Shown here piece by piece: positions 28,335 through 38,700 of a DNA stretch of 47,581 nucleotides. Both the position numbers and the translations under genes were made by a program. How positions within the stretch are numbered: position 1 is the stretch's first letter; each line of letters begins with the position of its first letter. The stretch spans positions 1-47,581 of the forward strand of contig JAZDJR010000017.1 in assembly GCA_043803815.1 (NCBI GenBank). The letters are read 5' to 3'. A model generated the notes under the pieces. That model did no database searches, had not been told where the DNA came from, and saw only the letters and a program-made list of their open reading frames with translations. The stretch is from Candidatus Micrarchaeota archaeon. GTDB lineage: Archaea; Iainarchaeota; Iainarchaeia; Iainarchaeales; JAGVWC01.

Positions 28335-28376
28335 TGACAAAAAAACGCCGAATTCCTATATTAATCTGCGGTAAAC

Positions 28377-29480
28377 CTAGCGAATTCGGTGCACGGCATA
28401 GCTTTTTTCCAGGTGTTTCCAAGACCGTTCAAAAACCGCTGACCGGATATCTTTCATCAATTGGCTAACAAAAAACAGGTTGTGAAAACTCAACAATTGC
28501 AGCCCGCTTTCCTCCTTGGTCCGCACCAAATGGCCGATGTAGGCGCGCGAGTGCTCCTGGCAGACCGCGCAATTGCACTTTGTATCCAGTGGTTTGGAAT
28601 CGTTTTTGAAAGAAGCGTTTTTGAGGTTCACGTTTCCCGCTTTTGAAAACGCCATTCCGTGCCGTGCGGTTCGTGTGGGAAAGGCGGAGTCAAAAATATC
28701 CACTCCTGCTTGAACGCTTTGAATAATGTCCTTGGGGGAGCCCACGCCCATCAAATAACGCGGTTTTTCAGTTGGAAAAAGCGAAGCGTTTTTTTCCACC
28801 ATTTTTTTCATTTGTTTTTTTTCCTCGCCGATGCAAAGTCCCCCTAATGCAAAGCCGTCAAAATCAAGCGCTGCAATTTCTTTCGCGCTTTTTTCGCGAA
28901 GAGTAGGGTTTGTTCCGCCCTGCGAAACGCCGAACAGCAACTGTTTCTTGTTTTTGTGGGCCGCGAGGCAGCGTTTGGCCCAGCGAAAGGTTCTTTCCTG
29001 GGATTCCTTCAAGCGCATGGGGCTTGAGCCGTACAAGGGAACATCGTCCAGGCACATGGCTACGTCGCTTCCCAGGTTGTTCTGGATTTGGATGGCTTTT
29101 TCCGGGCTCAAAAATTCCCTGCGGTTGTCAAACGGGTTTTTGAAATGCACTCCTTCTTCCGTCAATCGGATTAAAAAATCAGGGTTCAGAATCTGGAATC
29201 CGCCCGAATCCGTGAAAATCCCTTTTTTCCAGTGCACAAACTCGTGCAGTCCGCCCATTTTTCGGATTATTTCAAGGCCCGGGCGGATTGAAAGAAGGAA
29301 AGAATTGGAAATGAAGCACTTAAAACCCATCTTGTCGAGTTCTGCCATGGAAACAAATTTGACGCTTCCTTTGGTCGCCACGGGCATGAAAAAAGGCGTT
29401 TTTATTTTTGCGTGGGCTGTCGTAAGGATTCCCGTGCGGGTAAGGCCGAGCGTTTCCGAAATGCGGAATGGTTTGGTCAT
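28377..29480 (-). CDS. tgt: tRNA-guanine transglycosylase, bacterial/eukaryotic (position 34) type
   Basis: TPFFMPVAT, TDSGGFQ, QGG, PRYLMGVG, GVDIFD, CNCAVC...HN zinc site; no PUA extension; ATG 29480 overlaps the upstream stop. Confidence 0.93.
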   Translation of the reverse strand: MTKPFRISETLGLTRTGILTTAHAKIKTPFFMPVATKGSVKFVSMAELDKMGFKCFISNSFLLSIRPGLEIIRKMGGLHEFVHWKKGIFTDSGGFQILNPDFLIRLTEEGVHFKNPFDNRREFLSPEKAIQIQNNLGSDVAMCLDDVPLYGSSPMRLKESQERTFRWAKRCLAAHKNKKQLLFGVSQGGTNPTLREKSAKEIAALDFDGFALGGLCIGEEKKQMKKMVEKNASLFPTEKPRYLMGVGSPKDIIQSVQAGVDIFDSAFPTRTARHGMAFSKAGNVNLKNASFKNDSKPLDTKCNCAVCQEHSRAYIGHLVRTKEESGLQLLSFHNLFFVSQLMKDIRSAVFERSWKHLEKSYAVHRIR

Positions 29481-30274
29481 TTTTTTCCTTGCTTTAGCCA
29501 TTTTAGGAACTCGCCGAGGCTTTGGCGCGAAATTTTTTCGTTTTTTTGCTCCAGTTTTCCAATTTCCGCTAGCCGGTAAACGATTTTTTCGGGTACGCCC
29601 AGAGCTTTGGCGACTTCGGCCAAGGGTTGGTCGGCAAACGTGTGAAATAGCAGGTGCGTGACGCGGGCGTATGCAATGACCGTTTTGTATTTTGAACCCA
29701 AATCCGAAAACCGCAGTTCGCGTCTTCCCTTTTTAATCAGGAGAAACTCTTTTTTTCTCAATAGGGGCGGGTTTTTTGCGCTGTATCCCTCAAACAATCC
29801 TTCCAGCCGGTTTTCGCGGACCATGCCCAAAAATTTTTCACCCAGTTTTTTTGGAAAAAATAAGCGGCGCTGTTTGCCGTGGCTTTCGCCGTACGAGCCT
29901 TCTAAAAGCGAAAAATCCCGTGTTTTGGAAGCTTCCTCGAATTCGCGAACCAAAAATTGCTGGATGTGCGGCAAAAAAATTTTGGAGTTGATTTGTCGGC
30001 TCTGTTGGAGAAGTTTTTGTGTCGTTGTCATAGTTTCGGGAACGGGTTGTTTTTTGGTGGGCAGGCGCGAAAGCCAGTATTCCAATTTGCCGCGCGAAAA
30101 CAACGGGCTTGGCATGTAGGCGCGGTCTTCCCAGGTGTCGGGTTTCAGTTTTCCAAGTTGGATTTGGCGCCTGGTGGCAAACGCGCTTACGGGTCTTCCG
30201 CGTTTTGCGCCTTCTTTTTCCAGTTCGCGCAAATTCAAAAAACCCGGAATTGGTTTGCGCGGTTTTCCCGGCAT
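29477..30274 (-). CDS. Hypothetical basic protein
   Basis: 265-aa Lys/Arg-rich ORF tightly packed between alaX and tgt. Confidence 0.65.
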   Translation of the reverse strand: MPGKPRKPIPGFLNLRELEKEGAKRGRPVSAFATRRQIQLGKLKPDTWEDRAYMPSPLFSRGKLEYWLSRLPTKKQPVPETMTTTQKLLQQSRQINSKIFLPHIQQFLVREFEEASKTRDFSLLEGSYGESHGKQRRLFFPKKLGEKFLGMVRENRLEGLFEGYSAKNPPLLRKKEFLLIKKGRRELRFSDLGSKYKTVIAYARVTHLLFHTFADQPLAEVAKALGVPEKIVYRLAEIGKLEQKNEKISRQSLGEFLKWLKQGKK

Positions 30275-30988
30275 TTAATTTCCCCGCAGTTTCCAGTAAA
30301 TCCGCCGGTTTTCTTTTCCCTTGTTTTCAACGCGAATCAGTTCCAGTTCTCCGATTTCACTGGTATTGGCCACGTGAGTTCCGCCGTCGGCCTGCACGTC
30401 GTATTCGCCGATTGAAATAATTCGCCACACGGCAAGGTTCGGCGGCATGATATCCTTTAGCCGCACCAGTTCAGGACGATTAATGGCTTCTTCACGCGGC
30501 AAAAAATCGATTGTAACCGGCAGATTTTGCTTGACCACGCTATTAGCTTTTTGGACAAACGAATTTGCAATATCCGCATCGAATTCCTCAACATTAAAAT
30601 CCAGGCGGGTTTGCTGCAAATCCAATTGATTTCCCGTAATCAGCGAACCGGTTTGGTCCCAAATCACTTTGGCCAAAATATGGGCGCTGGTATGCATGCG
30701 CATCAAGGCAAAGCGCCGAATCCAATCCAAGTGACATTCTACGGTTAATCCTTCCTTTAAGCCCGCTTTGTCCACTTCAACAACAACATCAGAACCGTTT
30801 TTTTTCACGGATAACACGTTAAAACGCTCGTTTCCCGCCGCAATAATGCCCAAATCAAACGGCTGGCCGCCCCCTTGCGGATAAAAAACAGTCTGGTTTA
30901 GCACCACAAACCGCTCCTTATCGACTCGAATAACCTTGGAAGAACAGGATTTTTGATAACTGTCTTTTAAAAACAATAATTCGGTCAT
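30275..30988 (-). CDS. alaX: Alanyl-tRNA editing protein AlaX-M
   Basis: TVFYPQGGGQPFD, RMHTSAH, RLDF, QADGGTHVANT, NKGK.NRR. Confidence 0.93.
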   Translation of the reverse strand: MTELLFLKDSYQKSCSSKVIRVDKERFVVLNQTVFYPQGGGQPFDLGIIAAGNERFNVLSVKKNGSDVVVEVDKAGLKEGLTVECHLDWIRRFALMRMHTSAHILAKVIWDQTGSLITGNQLDLQQTRLDFNVEEFDADIANSFVQKANSVVKQNLPVTIDFLPREEAINRPELVRLKDIMPPNLAVWRIISIGEYDVQADGGTHVANTSEIGELELIRVENKGKENRRIYWKLRGN

Positions 30989-31216
30989 GCAAGCCAAAAT
31001 AAGCCAAAACCACTAAAAAACAATGGTTCGTTCCCAAAAAAACCCCGTTATTTTGAGCGCAGAAAAAGCGTTTTTTGGGGTTAAAACCGCCTTTTTGAGG
31101 AGTTTTGGCGGGGAGATTTAAAAAGGTTTGGACGGTAATGTAATTTGAAAAAAACCAGCCCAGTACCGCATCCTTACAGCAATGGTTTTTTTTTGACAAC
31201 ACGGAGGTTGTTTAAA

Positions 31217-31390
31217 ATGGCAGATTTAGTTGTTAAATCCAAAGTAGCCGAAATGATCCGCAGCAAAGGCATGAACATGGCCGGAGACACCGTCGACGCA
31301 CTCGACAAAGTCGTCGAATGGAACCTGACCCGCGCCGTTGACCGCGCAAAAGAAAACGGACGAAAAACAGTCCGACCAGCCGACTTGTAA
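31217..31390 (+). CDS. Small histone (DUF1931/face-to-face type), 57 aa
   Basis: MADLVVKSKVAE...RAKENGRKTVRPADL with RxTxxxxD end and short alpha3; GGAGGT RBS; TTTAAAAAG box upstream. Confidence 0.9.
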   Translation: MADLVVKSKVAEMIRSKGMNMAGDTVDALDKVVEWNLTRAVDRAKENGRKTVRPADL

Positions 31391-31479
31391 GATTGTTAAC
31401 CAAAAGGGAGCCTATTTGGCTCACCTTTTTTCTATTTTTTTCGAAAACATTAAAGTATAGCAACGACTTTTGTCTGCTT

Positions 31480-32163
31480 ATGGTCAAAGTTGTGTTGGCG
31501 TGGAATCCGGACCTTAACGAAAGCGCGGTAACTTTGCCGTTAATTCTCAGGACAAGCGAATTGTTACGCTCTCACGGACAGGCAGTCAAAGTAGTGAAAG
31601 TCCCTTTTTCATTGACACTTCACAGCCAATTGAAAGCCGATGGTCCCGTACCGGCTATGGGAGTTAAACAAGTTCTCTGGTTACGGGAAAAATTTCCTGA
31701 CGCGGTTATTTTTCAGTTTCATACAACGCCGGACACTTCAGACTATTGGAGAAAAAAAATTGCCGGGGAAAAGCCCGAGCGCTTGCCTGATTTTTGGGTG
31801 CGGCGAGAACAAGCCCTGCGGGGAATTGTCGGAATAGGGGTTATACCACTTTCAAAGCAAATGTATTTCATCGAATTTCCCGCGAAATATGCGGCCGCTC
31901 ACCCGAATTTGCGGAAAATGGCCCGCGGCCGCATGGACGAATTGAATTATTTGTGGTTCGGAAACTATTTTAGGCATCAGGCAAAAAGAGAAGCATCCGA
32001 AAAAGCGGGCTACCTTTCAAACGCATTTGCAAAAGCGGCCGCAAAAAAAATTGAAAAAGCGATTTCAGCGAATACTCCTTTGACTGAACAACGGCCGCTT
32101 CGGCCGAAACAGCGAAAAAAATCATTTAACGAAAAAAGGTTGCGGCGAAGGGGGCCAAGGTAA
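31480..32163 (+). CDS. Hypothetical protein with Arg/Lys-rich C-terminal tail
   Basis: Open frame filling the gap between the histone gene and endA; start at ATG 31480. Confidence 0.6.
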   Translation: MVKVVLAWNPDLNESAVTLPLILRTSELLRSHGQAVKVVKVPFSLTLHSQLKADGPVPAMGVKQVLWLREKFPDAVIFQFHTTPDTSDYWRKKIAGEKPERLPDFWVRREQALRGIVGIGVIPLSKQMYFIEFPAKYAAAHPNLRKMARGRMDELNYLWFGNYFRHQAKREASEKAGYLSNAFAKAAAKKIEKAISANTPLTEQRPLRPKQRKKSFNEKRLRRRGPR

Positions 32164-32176
32164 CTGCCTGAATCGT

Positions 32177-32704
32177 TTACGGAACCAAGCGTCCGACCGA
32201 ATAATAATTAATCTCGTTTTCCGCATCCACTATTGCAACCAAAGGCGCGGTATGCAAAGTCTGCGCCATTCGCACCAGGCGCGAAAACTCGGGCATTTTC
32301 AAAAACTCGTCCTGCGTTTTGACCTCGATTACGAACTGCGTGTGCGCTTCGCCGGGCCGCTTTCCTTTCGGATACACGCGAAAATCGAATCCGAACTTAA
32401 AACCCGTCTTGACCACATAGCCGCGGCTGCGCAAATCGGAAAACACGACGAACTTTTTGAAAAAATTCTTTTCTTTTTTACCCGCAATCGTACGCAGCTG
32501 CCGCGCGGAAACCCGCTTGCCATTTTTTTGAATCGTAATTTTTAATTTTTCCTTTTCAAGCAGGTACAACGCTTCTTTCAAATCCAAAACCAGGTGGCGT
32601 TCTTTTCGTTCGCCGAACCCTTTTTGGTGCAAGCGGTCCTGCGAAGGCCGATGCTCGATAAGCACCTTGTTTTCAACGAGTTCGGCTGAATTATCGGATT
32701 TCAT
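32177..32704 (-). CDS. endA: tRNA-splicing endonuclease subunit
   Basis: LDLKEALYL, DLRSRGYVVKTGFKFGFDFRVY, conserved His, AIVD..NEINYY. Confidence 0.92.
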   Translation of the reverse strand: MKSDNSAELVENKVLIEHRPSQDRLHQKGFGERKERHLVLDLKEALYLLEKEKLKITIQKNGKRVSARQLRTIAGKKEKNFFKKFVVFSDLRSRGYVVKTGFKFGFDFRVYPKGKRPGEAHTQFVIEVKTQDEFLKMPEFSRLVRMAQTLHTAPLVAIVDAENEINYYSVGRLVP

Positions 32705-32744
32705 ACAACAACCAAAGGAAAACCAGCTTAAAAATATAGCGAGT

Positions 32745-33170
32745 TTACGCCTTAAACGAAACCACGGACGGCGAAAAGACTTTTACTTCCACCAAAGGAC
32801 AAGCGGTTTTTTCGCGGATTTGCTCCCGCAATTTTTGGTAATACTGGTTTTTTTGCTCAACCAAAAAAATCGCGGAACAGGATTTCAATTCAGCCAATTG
32901 GGCGATTAACCGAACGGTCTCGCCCCATTCAACTATTGCTTCGCTTTTTTTTCCCGAAGCCACAACCAAAGCCGCGATTTCTTCTGCCAATTGCGTCGCA
33001 ACCTTGATTTCATGAATCGCAAAACCGGGATTCCCGACGATTCCCGACTGGTCGATTACCGCAAGCACCACGACTTCGTCGGCTTCGGCGGTTACCCGCT
33101 CCAAAAACGACGGGTTGTTTTCCAGTTTGGACAAAACCGGAACCAAAACAACCGACTTTTTTTTAGCCAT
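32745..33170 (-). CDS. Hypothetical protein, universal-stress-protein-like alpha/beta fold
   Basis: VVLVPV start, EVVVLAVID, IVEWGET...IAQLAE pattern. Confidence 0.55.
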   Translation of the reverse strand: MAKKKSVVLVPVLSKLENNPSFLERVTAEADEVVVLAVIDQSGIVGNPGFAIHEIKVATQLAEEIAALVVASGKKSEAIVEWGETVRLIAQLAELKSCSAIFLVEQKNQYYQKLREQIREKTACPLVEVKVFSPSVVSFKA

Positions 33171-33172
33171 TT

Positions 33173-34012
33173 TTACACCAGCTTGAACTGCCCCTTGGTT
33201 TTTTCAAATACCTGTCCGTCTTCTTTTAAAAATTCGCACGAAACCAAAACCAGTTTTTGGGAAAGATTGGTTGCCAAAGCGATTTCACTCGCGGTTGCGG
33301 CTTTCTTTTGGCTTTCCAAAAACGAAACGATTTTGGCCTGCGACGCCAGATAAACCGCTTTTCGGATCGCCAAAAAACTCCCGTCAAACGATTTCAAGCC
33401 CTTGATTTCCCCCGCCTTAAAATCATACTCGAACACTTGGGAAAACTCGCGCGCATTCTGGTCGCCGATTAAAACCGCAAAACCGTTTTTTTGGAAATCG
33501 GTTTCCGACCAGCCGCTACTCGCATCTGATTTGACGGGTTCATTCGGAACCGAAAGTTTTTTTTCGTTTAAGCGATAAATAGATTTTTTGTAGGACGGAT
33601 TTAACTTGAACTGTTCCACGATTCCTTGCCGAACTAACTCGTTAAAACGCTTTAATTCAATTTCGTTCAATTCTTTTTCAAATTTTCCGACGACGCGCAC
33701 TTGCAGGGCTTTTTTGTCGTTTAAAACCGAAAAAATTTTTTCATCGATTTTGGCGTTGGAACCTGACAAAACCGGCTTGGCCTGCAACACCGGTGCCACC
33801 GCAGGCGTAATAATGACCGCTCTTTTTTCAACCGCAACCTGTGGCGCCAAATTTTTCGGGTTTTCGGTTTCCAATAAGACCCAAACCCCGTCTTTGGCTT
33901 TGGCCAGTTCGAATTCGCGGTCGGTTAACGCGTCCACCTGGCTTCGCTCGCTTTGCGAAAAAAACAGCCGATACTCGTTTCCCAAGCGTTTGATTCTAGC
34001 CATGCCAACCAT
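33173..34012 (-). CDS. Hypothetical protein with C-terminal winged-HTH
   Basis: C-terminal ASEIALATNLSQKLV...LKEDGQVFE wHTH-like pattern. Confidence 0.6.
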   Translation of the reverse strand: MVGMARIKRLGNEYRLFFSQSERSQVDALTDREFELAKAKDGVWVLLETENPKNLAPQVAVEKRAVIITPAVAPVLQAKPVLSGSNAKIDEKIFSVLNDKKALQVRVVGKFEKELNEIELKRFNELVRQGIVEQFKLNPSYKKSIYRLNEKKLSVPNEPVKSDASSGWSETDFQKNGFAVLIGDQNAREFSQVFEYDFKAGEIKGLKSFDGSFLAIRKAVYLASQAKIVSFLESQKKAATASEIALATNLSQKLVLVSCEFLKEDGQVFEKTKGQFKLV

Positions 34013-34275
34013 ACCATTTTACACGTAAAAGCGTTAAAAACCGTAGTTTTTACGGCAATCACCGCCGCCAACTCAACCTTCGGTTAATGCAAAAGTAATA
34101 CAATAATCGGCAGTTCATTTCCCGAAATTCCAAAAAAAAGCGGCTGCCAATAACCGTTACATGGCGAATAAGGATTAAAAACTGCGGACACAGCTAAAGT
34201 ACTGAAAGACAGATAAATAGTCAAAGTTAAAGCGAATCACGGATAGGTACTTGTATTGGAAAAGAAGGAAACAAA

Positions 34276-35733
34276 ATGACCGTTGATTTTGAGGAAATCC
34301 TGAACCGAAAAACCTACAAACAGGCCGCCGCAGGCATAATGATTACCATCAGTATTCCCGGCGAGTTTTTTTTGACGCGCTATAAATTGGAGCCAGGTTT
34401 TGAAATGTCATATCCGGGGGATGTGATTTATGTTTCATCGCACGGGCAATTATCCCATTATATGCCCGTTGACCGCGTCCGACCGGTGATGCAACGATTA
34501 TTGCAGCGCATGGAATCCGATTCCCAATGGGTACACAAGCGATTTTTAGCCATGAAAAAAGTGTCGAAAGGAATGGAAACGGCGGGTGAAACAGCCATCA
34601 AGGCACCCGGTCGTTTCCTGCCTGAAAAGCCGAAATCCGTAATCGCGGCATTCAAAGCGTTCCTAAAACCAGTGCGCGGTTACTGGAAAGAGTCCGCATT
34701 TATCGATATCTTCGACCCGTTCCAGGAAGAAGTCATGGCATTTGTATTCGGCAGGCACAGAAAAAATATTTCGCTTGAGGACGCACAAACCCTGTTTTTG
34801 CCAAACGTATCGATTTTGGAACAGGAAAAAAAAGCATTTTCAAAAATCCGCGCGGAATACTTGAAAAACGGCGGGAAACGTTCCTCCAAACTCCGTATGC
34901 TTTTGCAGCGCCATGCGAAGAAATACTGGTGGATTCAGAACGATTACCAAATTGCAGTAAAGCTTTCGGCGGACGATTTTGCAAAACGGCTCGACGAAAA
35001 GGTCGAAAAAAAACCCGAAAAACAGCTGGCCGCCAAGAAAAAAGAACTGGTAAAAAAATACCGGCTTGACCTATCCACCTTGCGGCGCCTCGGGCAATTC
35101 ATCGACCTTGCGTACATGCGGGATGTCCGCAAGAAGCTCACGCAGATTTCCAATTATTATCACCTCAAGTTTTATCGCCGCATCGGGAAAATATACAAAA
35201 TTCCGGAACGCCAAAGCAACTTTGTAATATTCGACGAATACAGCGCGTTCGTGCGAAAGGAGCCTTCTTTATTGCTGGCCCTCGCGGAGCGTGACCGCAA
35301 CGGAGCATGGGTTTGCGCGCAGTACGAAACGAACACGTATGAAGTCATCACCAAAGACGCCAAGACATTGAACGGACGAATGGATGCCCGTTTTTCCGGC
35401 GGCGAAATTCTCTACGGAAACCCCGCAAGCCTCGGAAAAGCCATCGGACCGGCCTGCATTATCAGAAATCAGGCGGAATTTTCAAAATTTAAGGAAGGCG
35501 ATGTGTTGATTACCAGCATGACAAGGCCGGAATTTGTCCCCTTGATGCGCAAAGCGGTCGCAATCATCACGGATGAGGGCGGCATCACGAGTCATGCCGC
35601 AATTGTGGCGCGCGAACTTGGAAAACCCTGCATTATCGGAACCCAAACCGCGACCAAAGCATTCAAGGACGGCGACTTGCTCGAAGTCAACGCGGACCAC
35701 GGCATGGTCAAAAAACTCGAGAAAAGACCGTGA
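34276..35733 (+). CDS. PEP-utilising-family protein: helical substrate-binding-like domain plus phospho-His swivel domain, no ATP-grasp
   Basis: C-terminal MTRPEF...TDEGGITSHAAIVARELGKPCIIGT. Confidence 0.9.
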   Translation: MTVDFEEILNRKTYKQAAAGIMITISIPGEFFLTRYKLEPGFEMSYPGDVIYVSSHGQLSHYMPVDRVRPVMQRLLQRMESDSQWVHKRFLAMKKVSKGMETAGETAIKAPGRFLPEKPKSVIAAFKAFLKPVRGYWKESAFIDIFDPFQEEVMAFVFGRHRKNISLEDAQTLFLPNVSILEQEKKAFSKIRAEYLKNGGKRSSKLRMLLQRHAKKYWWIQNDYQIAVKLSADDFAKRLDEKVEKKPEKQLAAKKKELVKKYRLDLSTLRRLGQFIDLAYMRDVRKKLTQISNYYHLKFYRRIGKIYKIPERQSNFVIFDEYSAFVRKEPSLLLALAERDRNGAWVCAQYETNTYEVITKDAKTLNGRMDARFSGGEILYGNPASLGKAIGPACIIRNQAEFSKFKEGDVLITSMTRPEFVPLMRKAVAIITDEGGITSHAAIVARELGKPCIIGTQTATKAFKDGDLLEVNADHGMVKKLEKRP

Positions 35734-38700
35734 AAAAAGGGTTTTTAACCAAAACGAAGGTTGTTGAAATGAGTATGGAACTGGCACGCGACTTCAAAAA
35801 CCTGGGCAAAAACGACGCCGCAATCGCCGGCGGAAAAGGCGCTTCACTAGGTGAAATGACCCAAGCAGGCATTCCCGTTCCGCCCGGATTCGTAATTTTG
35901 GCAGGCGCGTTCGAGCAATTCATCGAAGAAGCCGAACTAAAAGCCGACATTGACTCGGTTTTGCACAACGTCAACCACGAGGAAATGCACACGGTCGAAA
36001 AAGCCTCCGAAAAAATCCAGGCGTTAATTCTGGAATCCAAAATGCCCAAAGACATTGAAAAAGAAATTCTTATCCGCTTTAAAAAACTCGACGCACAGTT
36101 CGTCGCGGTGCGTTCAAGCGCCACGGCCGAAGACAGCCTGGAAGCGGCTTGGGCCGGACAGCTTGAAAGCTATTTGAATACCACGAAAAAAACGCTATTG
36201 GAAAACGTGAAACGCTGCTGGGCCTCGCTTTTCACTCCGCGCGCGATTTTTTACCGATTTGAAAAAGGATTGCACGACAAGCACATTTCCGTTGCCGTGG
36301 TCGTGCAAAAAATGGTGGAAAGCGAAGTTTCCGGAATCGGCTTTTCAGTTCACCCCGTAACACAGGACTACAACCAGCTCATCATCGAAGCAGGATTCGG
36401 GTTGGGAGAAGCCATTGTTTCAGGTTCGGTTACGCCGGACAACTACATCGTTGAAAAAAAAGGCTGGCAAATTCTGGACACGCACGTTTCCACTCAAACC
36501 CGCGCGCTCGTGCGCAAAAAAAACGGGGGAAACGAATGGATTGACCTCTCCGAAGAAAAAGGCGGACAGCAGGTCTTAAACGAAAAACAAATCCTGGAAC
36601 TTGCCAAGCTCATTGTCCGCATCGAACAGCACTACGGCTTTCCCGTGGACACGGAATGGGCATATGAAAAAGGAAAATTCTACATTGTCCAAAGCAGGCC
36701 GATTACCACCCTGGCCAAAAAAGCGCCGGCTGGAAAAAAAAACGACGAATTGACAAGACCGGCTGAATCCGCGCTAACATGGTACAAGCTCCTTGCACGT
36801 CCGGATGTTGATTTGCCCACTATTTCGCAAATTGACGTCGTTTTCTACGGACTTATCTGGGAAGCGGTTCAGAAAAAAGAGGAATTGCTGTTTACAGAAT
36901 TAAAGAAAAGGCAGTTAACTCATTACATCGGCAACGACCCAAAATTTGTTGGACGGTTTGCATACAAAAAGTATTTCAAAAAGCCGGCACAAGTTATCGA
37001 TTATTACAAAAAAGGACGCGTGTTGCTGGCCAATAACAGAAAAGAAACCGCCCGTTGGTCAGGCATTCTGCAGAAGGAAGAAAGCGACGGTAACCTGCTC
37101 TCGGCATTTAAAAATTTTCGAAACAGCTACAAGCCGGTCAGCGAAATTTACAGCATTATCTCCTGGTTTGCCATTGAAACATGGCAGGAAGACTTTGACG
37201 ATTTATTGAACGGACTGATTCAAAAAAACGGCCTTGAAAAGCAACGCGAACAAATCCTGCTGTCAGCCTATAAACCGTGGAAAAAAACCGCACTCATTGA
37301 ACTGCAGGAAAAACTCGCTAAAGGCCAGTCCCCCGAAAAACTTGCCCAAGAATACCAATTTTTGCGCAGCTGGGTCATTATCTGGTTTAACCCAATCACG
37401 ACGGACTGGATTAAAAGCCTCCAAACCCCGGCAAAAAGCAATAGAGCTGTTTTTTCCTTTCAAAAACTGGTTTCATTGCTAAAACCATCCAAAGAAGAAA
37501 AAGAATTCTTGGAAGTGGCACCCCATATCGTTTTTTTCAAGGATTGGAGGGACGATGTCCGAAGAATGCACGCTTTTTCATGGTCGTTCCTTTTCGATGC
37601 TATTGCAAAGCGATTCGGGATTTTGCGGGAAGACCTCGGATATTTGACATTGGAAGAAATCGAAAGGATTATCCAGTCGGGAACAGTCCCTGTCGAGCTC
37701 GTTAACCAAAGAAAACAAAAAGGTTGTATTGTAACCTTAAAACAGGCGGAACCGTTCCAATTAAGAGTTATAGACGAAGTTTCCCCGCGGTTCGAAGCGA
37801 TTATTAAAAGTGTCGAACAACAAAACCAAAACAAATTCGTTTCGGGAAAAATCGCTCAAAACGGAATCGCCCGCGGAATCGTGAAAATACTCAGGAGTTA
37901 CCACGATATCAAGCACGTTCAACAAGGACAAATTTTGATTGCCAACAGCACCCATCCGAACTATTTGCCGGCAATGCAAAAAGCGGCCGCATTTGTAACC
38001 AATGAAGGCGGGTTAATCAGCCACGCCGCAATTGTAGCCCGCGAAATGAAAAAACCCTGCATTGTCGGAACACAGATTGCCACCAAAGTATTCAAGGATG
38101 GCGACTTTGTCGAAGTAGACGCCAACCAAGGAAAAGTTTTTCTCGTGCAGGACAGTCCCGTTGCCGCGTCAGAACAACAATCCGAAGTCCCAAAATTCAG
38201 GGAGAAACTATTCGTCGGCAACGAGGAGTGGAATATTTTTGTTACGCGCAACATGTCCTTTTGGCACCAGTACCTGAGCAATTACGGGCATTTTCACATG
38301 CCACACAAATGGGACATGAAGATACCGCTTCGTTTTCTTGTTCTGACGGAAGGCGGGACTCACACCACGATATTTAAGACACCTGAAAACGCGGGAGCTT
38401 TTGACAGGGATGTTTTGGAAGCGTTTTCTTCCTTAAAACGCATTCAGTCCATCCGAAAAAAATATTTGGTGTTTGGAAAACGCCTTTTGTCTTTGCAAAA
38501 AACCTGCCAAAAAGCATTTACGGTTTCAAACTGGAAAAAATTCAGTGACGCTTACGCGCTTTATACGCACGGGCTAGCCGTAACAGCAACCATGGGCCGG
38601 ATTGGAACGGAAAAACTTTTGGAAAAACTTGAAAAAGCGGGGATTTCCAAAAGCAAGTTACACGAAACGGTTTCGGTTATTACGTATCCTAAAGAGCACA

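Noticed and set aside
34020-34275. Possible ncRNA or riboswitch in the intergenic region before the dikinase operon
   Set aside because: No recognisable tRNA or riboswitch consensus or convincing stems; consistent with divergent promoters
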